DNA of 64,000 bases from Dehalococcoidia bacterium (lineage in GTDB: Bacteria; Chloroflexota; Dehalococcoidia; UBA2979): positions 290,336 through 354,335 of the forward strand of contig OZ242017.1 of the NCBI GenBank assembly GCA_965204835.1, read 5' to 3'. A program made the position numbers and the translations under genes. Below, one piece after another: positions 9,328 through 20,343 of this stretch. A model generated the notes under the pieces. It did not search any database. It saw only the letters and a program-made list of their open reading frames with translations, and was not told where the DNA came from. How positions within the stretch are numbered: position 1 is the stretch's first letter; each line of letters starts with the position of its first letter.

Positions 9328-10391
9328 CAGGCGCTGCGGCTGCCCGCCGCCGGGTGGACCGCGCCGTCGCGGAAGACCGTCTCGTCGTCGATCTCGATGC
9401 CCGTCGGTGGCCGCTCGCCCGCGGCCACCTCGGCGCCGTGCCCGAGCACGACGCCTTCGAGGACCGCGCCAGCGCCGACGCGCGCGCCGGTCGCCAGCAC
9501 GCTGCGGTCGATGCGCACGCCCTCGCCGACCTGCACGCCGTCCCACAGCACGCTCGCGGTCACAAGCGAACCCGCGCCGATCTCGCAGCCGTCGCCCGCG
9601 ACCACGCCCATGCCGAGCATCGCAGACCCGGCGACCGTCGTGCCCTCGCCGAGCAGCGCGGGGAAGCCCTCGGGCGCGAGGGCGGGGGCGTCGCCGCGTA
9701 GCAGGTCGATGTTCGCCTGGAGGTACGCCTCCGAGGTGCCGACGTCGGCCCAGTAGCCGCGGTGCGTGAACCCGACGATGGCGCGCCCACCCTCGGCCAT
9801 GCCCGGGAACAGCTCGTCCTCGACGCGGTTGAAGCGCGTGGCGTCGAGCTCGCGGGCGACGCCCGGCTCGAACAGCCACACGCCCGCGTTGATGAGGTTC
9901 GAGGGCGCCTCGGCGGCCGGCGGCTTCTCGACAAAGCGCGTGATGCGGTCGCCGTCGAGCGCGACGACGCCGAAGCGCGAGGGGTCCTCGACCTCGTAGA
10001 GCGCGATCGAGAGCTCGGCCGAGCGGGCGCGGTGCGCGTCGATCATGAGGCCGAGGTCGAGGTCGCAGACGAGGTCGCCGTTGCAGACGAGGAAGGGCTC
10101 GTCCCAGCCCTCGGCGCAGGTCGCGATCGCGCCGCCGGAGCCGAGCGGTTCCCCCTCGTAGACTCGCTCGATGGAGAGGCCGAGGTGCGCCCCGTCCCCG
10201 AACGTGGTCTCGATCGCCTCGTTGGGCCCGGTCATGGCGAGCGTGACGTCGCGGACGCCGTGGAGGTGGAGCCGCCGCAGCAGGTACTCGAGCAGGGGGC
10301 GGTTGAGGATCGGGACGAGCTGCTTCGGCGTCCGAGGGGTGAGCGGGCGCAGGCGCGTGCCGCGCCCCCCGACGAGTACGATCGCCCTCAT
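9327..10391 (-). CDS. Mannose-1-phosphate guanylyltransferase-type sugar nucleotidyltransferase with C-terminal left-handed beta-helix
   Basis: 354 aa from ATG 10391. MRAIVLVGGRGTRLRPLTPRTPKQLVPI (G-x-G-T-R-L). Hexapeptide-like C-terminus. Stop overlaps the PMM start (TGATG). Confidence 0.85.
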   Translation of the reverse strand: MRAIVLVGGRGTRLRPLTPRTPKQLVPILNRPLLEYLLRRLHLHGVRDVTLAMTGPNEAIETTFGDGAHLGLSIERVYEGEPLGSGGAIATCAEGWDEPFLVCNGDLVCDLDLGLMIDAHRARSAELSIALYEVEDPSRFGVVALDGDRITRFVEKPPAAEAPSNLINAGVWLFEPGVARELDATRFNRVEDELFPGMAEGGRAIVGFTHRGYWADVGTSEAYLQANIDLLRGDAPALAPEGFPALLGEGTTVAGSAMLGMGVVAGDGCEIGAGSLVTASVLWDGVQVGEGVRIDRSVLATGARVGAGAVLEGVVLGHGAEVAAGERPPTGIEIDDETVFRDGAVHPAAGSRSA

Positions 10392-10402
10392 CGCGGCGCC
10401 CT

Positions 10403-13849
<3,447 letters not shown>

Positions 13850-13853
<4 letters not shown>

Positions 13854-14755
13854 GCGCCGCCCTCCCCGTCCGCCGCGTCGGCCGGGCCCCAGTATCGGTC
13901 GACGAGCAGCGCGAGGCGCTGTCTCGTCCCGGCCGGGACCTGGTGCGGCGCGCTCATCAGCGCCGACGCGAGTGCGTCGTTGCACTCGCAGGCGCGCTCG
14001 CCCGCGAGCCCCTCGATGGCCGCGGCGAGGATCGCGCGGGCGCGGTCGGTGTTCTCGCGCAGCACGCGCAGCACGAGGTCGGCGCTCACGTCCTCCTCGT
14101 GCTCGTGCCAGACGTCGTAGTCGGTGACGAAGCAGATCGAGGCGTAGCAGAGCTCGGCCTCGCGGGCGAGGCGCGCCTCGGGCAGCGCCGTCATGCCGAC
14201 GATGTCCGCGCCCCACGAGCGGAACAGCTCGGACTCCGCGCGCGTCGAGAACGCCGGGCCCTCGATGACCACCAGGGTGCCGCCCTCGTGCGCCGTCACG
14301 CCCACGCCGAGCGCGGCGGTGGCGAGGTGCTGCGAGAGCGGCGCACAGAACGGGTCGGCCAGCCCGACGTGCGCGACGAGGCCGTCACCGAAGAAGCTCG
14401 GCGGCCGTCCCCGCGTGCGGTCGATGAGCTGGTCCGGCACCACGGCGTGCCCCGGCTCGATGTGCTGCTGTAGCGACCCGACCGCGGAGGCCGCGAGGAG
14501 CTGCCCGACGCCGAGCTGGCGGAAGCCGTGGATGTTGGCGCGCGCCGGCAGCTCGTGCGGCAGGATCGTGTGCCCCTCGCCGTGACGGGCGAGGAAGGCC
14601 ACGCGCTTCCCGCCGAGCGAGCCCACGATGTACGGCCCGCTCGGCTTGCCGAACGGCGTGTCAAGCTCGACGCGCTCGGGCGCCTCGATGGCATCGAGGG
14701 CGTAGAAGCCGGAGCCGCCGATGACGCCGATGTCGGCCGTCGCGCTCACGATCAC
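13850..14755 (-). CDS. mtnP: S-methyl-5-prime-thioadenosine phosphorylase
   Basis: 301 aa. ...IGVIGGSGFY...FGKPSGP...VAFLARHG.GH...P.ELP.RANI....LGV..L...SAVGSL....PG, typical MTAP/PNP family. Confidence 0.9.
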
Positions 14756-14776
14756 GCCCCTTCGTCGTCTCGAACG

Positions 14777-15310
14777 CTAGACGATCGAGTCACTCTTCTG
14801 CCGGTTGCAGTCTCCACACAGCACCTGGACGTTGTCGATGGTGTTGCCGCCGCCCTTCGCCACGGGGATGACGTGGTCGAACTGCAGGTCGTCCTCGGCG
14901 CTGCACTGTACACATTGTCCGGCGTCTCGTTCCCACACGAACGCGCGCACCTCGTCCGGGATGCGCTCGCGGCGCGCCTCGGCGACCTCCTCGTCGCGCG
15001 CGCGGATCTTGCGCAGGCGGTCGAGGCGCGCGTCCTGTCGCCGCTGGCGGTCCCACACGAGCAACTCGACGTCCTCGCCGGTGAGGTCGTCGTCGGCCCA
15101 GAACAGGCCCGCGTCCGTCCACCACAGCACGCGGTCACCGTCCTCGCCGATGCGCGCCGCGCCCGACTCGTCGAGTTCGCGCAGGGCGCGCCCGTGCTCG
15201 CCGTACGTCAGGCTGAAGTGCCGGGACTGCGAGGTGAAGAAGCGCCAGCTCGAGAAGATCCAGAAGCCGGACTGCTCGATGCGCCCGCTGCTCACCTTGC
15301 GCAGGCTCAC
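14777..15310 (-). CDS. HNH endonuclease domain protein
   Basis: 177 aa. C-terminal ...CVQCSAEDDLQFDHVIPVAKGGGNTIDNVQVLCGDCNRQK (HNH with CxxC...CxxC zinc knuckle). N-terminal about 110 aa has no recognisable motif. Confidence 0.8.
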   Translation of the reverse strand: MSLRKVSSGRIEQSGFWIFSSWRFFTSQSRHFSLTYGEHGRALRELDESGAARIGEDGDRVLWWTDAGLFWADDDLTGEDVELLVWDRQRRQDARLDRLRKIRARDEEVAEARRERIPDEVRAFVWERDAGQCVQCSAEDDLQFDHVIPVAKGGGNTIDNVQVLCGDCNRQKSDSIV

Positions 15311-15334
15311 TGCTGCCCCCTCATGGGCGCCCCC

Positions 15335-16426
15335 TCACGACGCCGCCTCGACGCCCACGGCCGACGCCGCCGCGACGGCAGACGCGATCGAGGGGCCGTA
15401 GGGCGCGCGTAGCACCCCCTGCTCCGTCACGATCGCGTCGATCAGCTCCGCCGGGGTCACGTCGAACGCCGGGTTGAGCGCCCGCGCGCCGGGCGCCACG
15501 AGGTCCGCGCCGCCCGGGCGCAGCACCTCGTCCTCGGCGCGCTCCTCGATGGGGATCGAGGCGCCGTCGGGCGTGTGGGGGTCGAGGGTGGAGACGGGCG
15601 CGACGATGTAGAACGGGATGCCGTGGTGGCGGGCGAGCGCCGCGAGCATGTACGTGCCGATCTTGTTGGCGGTGTCGCCGTTGGCGGCGACGCGGTCGGC
15701 GCCCGTGACGACGGCCGTGACGCGGCCGGCAGCCATCAGCGACGCTGCCGCGCCCTCGACGACGAGCCGGAACGGCACGACGTGCCGTTGCAGCTCCCAC
15801 GCCGTCAGGCGCGCGCCCTGCAGCCGCGGGCGCGTCTCGCACGCGAGCACCTCGGTGAGCCGCCCGCTGCGCCACCCCTCGACGATGACGCCGAGGGCGG
15901 TGCCGCCGCCCGCGGTGGCGAGCGGGCCGGTGTTGCAGAGCGTCATCACGCGCGTGGCGGGCGGGAACAGCGCCGCGCCGAGTTCCGCCATGCGGGCGTC
16001 GGCGGCGTGCTGCTCCGCGTGGATCGCACGCGCCTCGTCGAGCGCGACGGCGCGCGCCTCGTCGTCGTTCGACGCACCCGCGACCCGGGCGGCGACGCGG
16101 TCCAGCGCCCAGCGCAGGTTCACGGCGGTCGGGCGCGTCGTGCCGAGCACCCGCGCGGCCTCCTCGACGGCCGCGACGACGCCGGACGGCGTCGAGGCGG
16201 CGGTGACGGCGAGCGCGTAGGCGGCGGTCACGCCGATGGCCGGCGCGCCGCGCACGCGCATGGTGGTGATGGCCTCGGCGGCGGCCTCGACGGTGTCGAG
16301 GGGGATGTAGCGCTCCTCGGCGGGGAGCAGGGTCTGGTCGAGGAGCCACAGCCGCCCCTCGCGCCACGCGACGGGCTCGTAGGGCTCACGGGTGGATGCG
16401 GCGTCGGGCGCCCGTGCCATGCACAC
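15335..16426 (-). CDS. mtnA: Methylthioribose-1-phosphate isomerase
   Basis: 363 aa. ...LLDQTLLP.EE.Y......V..AI..M.VRGAPAIGV.AAY..., ...GADRVAANGDTANKIGTY, eIF-2B/MtnA family. The start could be the second ATG at 16420. Confidence 0.9.
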   Translation of the reverse strand: MCMARAPDAASTREPYEPVAWREGRLWLLDQTLLPAEERYIPLDTVEAAAEAITTMRVRGAPAIGVTAAYALAVTAASTPSGVVAAVEEAARVLGTTRPTAVNLRWALDRVAARVAGASNDDEARAVALDEARAIHAEQHAADARMAELGAALFPPATRVMTLCNTGPLATAGGGTALGVIVEGWRSGRLTEVLACETRPRLQGARLTAWELQRHVVPFRLVVEGAAASLMAAGRVTAVVTGADRVAANGDTANKIGTYMLAALARHHGIPFYIVAPVSTLDPHTPDGASIPIEERAEDEVLRPGGADLVAPGARALNPAFDVTPAELIDAIVTEQGVLRAPYGPSIASAVAAASAVGVEAAS

Positions 16427-16527
16427 ATGGTAGAGCGCGAGGGCCGCCGGTGGCAGCCGGTACTACCTTGACGCGCTGGGGAGAGCGCAGGAGCATTTGA
16501 GTCAGGCTGGCGATCAGGCGGGTCCCT

Positions 16528-16785
16528 ATGGCGCGCTCCACCCCGACCATCACGTTCTCGCTCCCGGCCGAGCTGTCGGAACGGCTCGACGCGCTCGCCA
16601 GCCGCGACTCCCGCACGCGGGCCGCCATCATTCGTGAGGCACTCACGCGCTACATCGAGGAAGCGGAATGGCGCGACCTGCTCGAGTACGGGCGCGAACG
16701 CGCGCGGGAGCTGGGAATCAGGCCCGACGACGTCCCGCGTCTGATCGCCGAGTATCGCGCGGAAGTGAAAATCAGCCGCGAGTGA
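16528..16785 (+). CDS. Ribbon-helix-helix (CopG/antitoxin-like) DNA-binding protein
   Basis: 85 aa. N-terminal beta-strand plus two helices: TITFSLPAELSERLDALASRDSRTRAAIIREALTRYI. Confidence 0.65.
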   Translation: MARSTPTITFSLPAELSERLDALASRDSRTRAAIIREALTRYIEEAEWRDLLEYGRERARELGIRPDDVPRLIAEYRAEVKISRE

Positions 16786-16855
16786 GCCGAGGGCCTGAGA
16801 GTGCGCCGCCTCCCGCGCGTTGACCGCCGCCGGAGCGCGAACCTAGCATCAATCG

Positions 16856-17647
16856 ATGCCGTACCCCGATCCCGACCCCTTCGCGCCCATCGCGCGCTTC
16901 TACGACCTCGACCTCGAGGGCTTCGACGACGACCTCGCGCTCTACGCGGAGCTCGCCCGCAGCCGCGACGTGCTCGAGCTCGGCTGCGGCACCGGCCGCG
17001 TCGCCGTCCCGCTCGCCGAGGCGGGCGCGCGGGTCACGGGCGTCGACATCAGCCCCGCCATGCTCGACATCGCGCGCGGGCGCGCCGAGGGGCTCCCGCT
17101 GCGACTCGTCGAGGGCGATATGCGCACGCTGGACCTCGGCGAGTCCTTCGGCGCGGTGTTCGTCCCGCTCGGCGGGCTGCAGCACATGGCGACGCCCGCC
17201 GAGGTCGCCGCGGCGCTGGCGACGGTGGCGCGCCACCTCGCCCCCGACGGCGAGGCCGTGGTCGACGTCGAGGCGCCGCACCCCGACGACTGGCTGCCCG
17301 GCCCGCGCCCGCTGCTCCAGCACTGGACGCGCGATCTGCCGCGCGAGCCCGGCGCGCCGGGTGGCACGGTCACGAAGCTCGTCGCCGTCGAGGGCCGGCC
17401 GGTGGAGGCGCTCCGCGAGGTGACGTACCACTTCGACGTGCAGCCGCCCGAGGGGCCGCTGCAACGCGTCACGCACCAGTTCGCGCTGCGCGTCATCACC
17501 GCCGGCGAGCTCGAGCTCGCCGCGCGCCTGGCCGGGCTGCACGTCGCGGCCTGGTACGGCGACTACGACGGCGCGCCCCCGCGCGAGGGCGACGACCGGC
17601 TCATCGCCGTGCTCGAGCACGGCGACACCCCGGGGGCCGGCTCGTGA
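16856..17647 (+). CDS. Class I SAM-dependent methyltransferase
   Basis: 263 aa. Motif I VLELGCGTGRV, motif II-like VTGVDISPAML, ...FGAVFVPLGGLQHM. Confidence 0.85.
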   Translation: MPYPDPDPFAPIARFYDLDLEGFDDDLALYAELARSRDVLELGCGTGRVAVPLAEAGARVTGVDISPAMLDIARGRAEGLPLRLVEGDMRTLDLGESFGAVFVPLGGLQHMATPAEVAAALATVARHLAPDGEAVVDVEAPHPDDWLPGPRPLLQHWTRDLPREPGAPGGTVTKLVAVEGRPVEALREVTYHFDVQPPEGPLQRVTHQFALRVITAGELELAARLAGLHVAAWYGDYDGAPPREGDDRLIAVLEHGDTPGAGS

Positions 17648-18648
17648 GCCGGATCGTCCTCGACGCGATGGGCGGCGACTACGCCCCGCAGGCCACGGTC
17701 GCGGGCGCCGTCGAGGCAGCCCGCGACGGCATCACCGTGGTGCTCGTCGGCATCGAGGAGCAGGTGCGCGCCGAGCTTGCCCGCGCCGAGGGCCCGACGC
17801 CCAACATCGAGGTGGTGCACGCCCCCGAGGTGGTGGCGATGGGCGACCACGACGCCCGCGCGACGGTGCGACGCCGCGACACCTCCATCGCCGTCGGCGT
17901 CGAGCTGGTCCGGGACGGATCGGCCGACGCGTTCATCTCCGCCGGGAACACAGGGGCGTCCCTCGCCGTCTCGCTCATGCGGCTGGGCCGGCTGCCCGGC
18001 ATCGAGCGACCCGCCATCGGCATCCTGCTCCCCACGCCCCAGGGCGTGCTGCTGCTCCTGGACGGCGGGGCGAACGCGGACGCACGGCCCGCGCACCTGC
18101 TGCAGTGGGCGCGGCTTGGCTCCTCGTACATGCGCGCGGTGCGCGGGCTGGCCGAGCCCGAGGTGGCGCTGCTCAACATCGGCGAGGAGGCGACGAAGGG
18201 CTCGCAGGTCACGGTGGAGGCCTACGCCCTCCTGGCCGCCTCCGGCCTGCACTTCATCGGCAACGTGGAGGGCCGGGACCTGCCGCGACGCCCTGCCGAC
18301 GTCGTGGTCACGGACGGGTTCACCGGCAACACGGTGCTCAAGCTCGCCGAGGGGATGAGCTCGATGTTGTTCCAGGAGCTGCGCGACGCGGCCTCGCAGT
18401 CCCTGCGCGCGCGCCTCGGTGGACTGCTGATCCGGCCTGTCGCACGACAGATGCGTGACCGGCTGGACTACCGCGTCTACGGCGCGGCCCCGCTCCTGGG
18501 GCTGCAGGGGACGGTCTACATCGGGCATGGCCCGAGCGACGCCCAGGCCATCGGCAACGCGATCCGCCGGGCCGACGAGGCAGTAGCGGCAGGCGTGGTC
18601 GACGCACTCCGGGCCGCGGCCGCCGAAGGCGAGCAGGCCGCCTCGTAG
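17644..18648 (+). CDS. plsX: Phosphate acyltransferase PlsX
   Basis: 334 aa from GTG 17644 (GTGA overlap with the methyltransferase stop). IVLDAMGGDYAPQATV.GA..., ...SAGNTGA..., TDGFTGN..LK..EG. Confidence 0.9.
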   Translation: MSRIVLDAMGGDYAPQATVAGAVEAARDGITVVLVGIEEQVRAELARAEGPTPNIEVVHAPEVVAMGDHDARATVRRRDTSIAVGVELVRDGSADAFISAGNTGASLAVSLMRLGRLPGIERPAIGILLPTPQGVLLLLDGGANADARPAHLLQWARLGSSYMRAVRGLAEPEVALLNIGEEATKGSQVTVEAYALLAASGLHFIGNVEGRDLPRRPADVVVTDGFTGNTVLKLAEGMSSMLFQELRDAASQSLRARLGGLLIRPVARQMRDRLDYRVYGAAPLLGLQGTVYIGHGPSDAQAIGNAIRRADEAVAAGVVDALRAAAAEGEQAAS

Positions 18649-18673
18649 GTACAGGTGCGGGGAACGCGTGGGG

Positions 18674-19003
18674 CTACGGAGCAGCCTGCTCGGCGGGCTC
18701 GGTCTCGATGTCGTCCTCGGCGCCGAATCCGGCCGCGCCGGGTGCGAAGCGCCACCACAGCTTCATCGAGTCGCGGAGCGCGGCGATGCGCTCCGGGCTG
18801 TCGTCCTCGGCGAGGCAGCGCTCGAGGTGGGTGTCGAGGATGAGCGCGCCGGCGGTGTCGATGCCGGAGCGCACGGCCATGAGCTGGGTGACGATGTCCT
18901 CGCAGGCGCGGTCGTTCTCGATCATGCGGGCGATGCCGCGGATCTGGCCCTCGATGCGCCGGAGGCGGGCGCCGACCTGGTCGGATGTTGCCGAGTCGCT
19001 CAT
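18674..19003 (-). CDS. csoR: CsoR-family metal-sensing transcriptional repressor (Cu-type C-H-C fingerprint)
   Basis: 109 aa from ATG 19003. RLRRIEGQIRGIARMIENDRACEDI...DTHLERC gives Cys, then His-x3-Cys ligand spacing. The track ORF 18674-19243 is over-extended. Confidence 0.85.
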   Translation of the reverse strand: MSDSATSDQVGARLRRIEGQIRGIARMIENDRACEDIVTQLMAVRSGIDTAGALILDTHLERCLAEDDSPERIAALRDSMKLWWRFAPGAAGFGAEDDIETEPAEQAAP

Positions 19004-19031
19004 GGCTGCCGTCCCGCCGCGCGAGGGTTCA

Positions 19032-19060
19032 TTGACATACCCCACTGGGGTATATAGAAT
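19032..19060 (+). promoter_or_regulatory. Candidate sigma-70-type promoter facing trxA
   Basis: TTGACA (19032-19037), 17-nt spacer, TAGAAT (19055-19060). The spacer contains the CsoR box. Confidence 0.45.
19037..19053. promoter_or_regulatory. Candidate CsoR operator (G/C-tract inverted repeat)
   Basis: ATACCCC-ACT-GGGGTAT, perfect 7-bp arms, 34 nt upstream of the csoR ATG in a locally AT-rich patch. Confidence 0.6.
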
Positions 19061-19087
19061 CCTATGTACCGGCCGACATCTTGTCAA
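19059..19087 (-). promoter_or_regulatory. Candidate sigma-70-type promoter facing csoR
   Basis: On the minus strand: TTGACA (19087-19082), 17-nt spacer, TAGGAT (19064-19059). The predicted +1 falls on the CsoR box. Confidence 0.45.
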
Positions 19088-19273
19088 CGCGCACACGCGG
19101 CGAGTAGCGGGAGAAACGCCGGAATCGGGGTCCGGGTGCGGCGAGTTGCGGCGCATCCGGGCCGGGCTGCACCGGGTGAGACGCTCCGGGGTAGCCGGGC
19201 GAAGCCGATCTTTGCTAGGTTGCGCGCGGCGCGGTGAGACCATCGCCGTGCCCGTCAGTGCGAAAGGAATCTC

Positions 19274-19600
19274 ATGGCAGCACCGACCGACACCTCAGAC
19301 ACCACCTTCAGCTCCGACGTGCTGGAGCACGACACCCCGGTCCTGGTCGACTTCTGGGCGCCGTGGTGCGGGCCGTGCCGCATGGTCGCCCCCATCGTCG
19401 AGGAGCTCGCCGAGGACTACGACGGCCGCGTCAAGTTCGTGAAGCTCAACACCGACGAGAACCCGATGGTCGCGGGCCAGTACGGCATCCGCTCGATCCC
19501 CACGCTGCTCGTCTTCAAGGGTGGCGAGAAGGTCGGCGAGATCATCGGCTTCCGCCCCAAGGGCGACCTCTCCAAGCGCCTCGACGAGGCGCTCGCCTAG
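19274..19600 (+). CDS. trxA: Thioredoxin
   Basis: 108 aa. ...[18 protein letters not shown]..., [22 protein letters not shown] upstream. Confidence 0.96.
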   Translation: MAAPTDTSDTTFSSDVLEHDTPVLVDFWAPWCGPCRMVAPIVEELAEDYDGRVKFVKLNTDENPMVAGQYGIRSIPTLLVFKGGEKVGEIIGFRPKGDLSKRLDEALA

Positions 19601-19751
19601 CTGTCGTTGCGCGGGGCCGCCGCGGCGGCCCGCAGCGGCATACCACCGGCCGCGGGTTGCTTCGCAGTCCGCGGCCTTCGTGTGTCCGGGACGTGCGGCG
19701 CCGCTGCCGAGCCGTCCGCGACCGACCGGGCGAGCGGCCGGGGCGGGCCGG

Positions 19752-20315
19752 TCAGAAGTACTTCGCGGCGCCGCCGTAGCCGAGTTGCTTGCCCTGCTCG
19801 GTGGCCCTGAGGAAGCTCCGGAGGCGCTGCTCGAAGACCCCGGGGCGTGACCTCCCGGCGTCGATGTACGCCACCCGGATGCGCCGGTACGCGGCGGAGA
19901 AGCCCTGGTAGCGCTCCCATGCGCGCCCGTTCGCGCGTATCGCGGCGAGGATGTCGTCGGGGAAGACGAACTCCTCGCGCAGCACCTCCGCGACCGCGTC
20001 GCGCATGGAGGGGTGCAGCAGCCCCTCGCCGGCCAGCCAGCGCAGCCGCTCCCGGTTCAGCTGCGAGTAGGTGCTGCCGCGCCTCCTGGGCGAGAAGCGC
20101 TGGGCGGCCCGCAGCTCGCCGAGCTTCTTGACGATGCTGTCGATCCAGCCGAAACAGAGCGCCTCCTCGACAGCGTCGTTGTAGAGGATGCGCGGCTCGC
20201 CCGACGCCTTGTTCGGGTAGACGAGCCAGATCTCACGGGCGCTGTCGAAGTGGGCCTCGAGCCAGCCGCGCCACTGCTCGCGCTCGGTGACGTAGAGCGT
20301 CTCGCCGATCTCCAT
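19752..20315 (-). CDS. YdeI/OmpD-associated family protein
   Basis: 187 aa. ...W..WLE.H......IWLVY.....G......Y.DAVEEALCFGWIDS......RF.PRR..S.YS..N, family pattern recalled from memory. Confidence 0.7.
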   Translation of the reverse strand: MEIGETLYVTEREQWRGWLEAHFDSAREIWLVYPNKASGEPRILYNDAVEEALCFGWIDSIVKKLGELRAAQRFSPRRRGSTYSQLNRERLRWLAGEGLLHPSMRDAVAEVLREEFVFPDDILAAIRANGRAWERYQGFSAAYRRIRVAYIDAGRSRPGVFEQRLRSFLRATEQGKQLGYGGAAKYF

Positions 20316-20343
20316 CGGTCGCTCGCCCCGGGAGCGGCGGGGG

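Noticed and set aside
7909-9879. 656-aa version of the phosphomannomutase ORF
   Set aside because: The N-terminal 184 aa are Arg/Gly-rich and overlap the nucleotidyltransferase gene. The conserved PMM N-terminus MAEIRFGTDGWR starts at ATG 9327 with a TGATG junction.
16801-18648. 615-aa ORF suggesting a long PlsX
   Set aside because: The first 281 codons are an Arg/Ala/Pro-rich out-of-frame read across the methyltransferase gene. The conserved PlsX N-terminus (IVLDAMGGDYAP) follows GTG 17644.
19601-19751. Small gene or ncRNA between trxA and the ydeI-like gene
   Set aside because: Only GC-rich hairpins are present (for example 19611-19633), consistent with termination between convergent genes. 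There is no ORF with protein-like composition.
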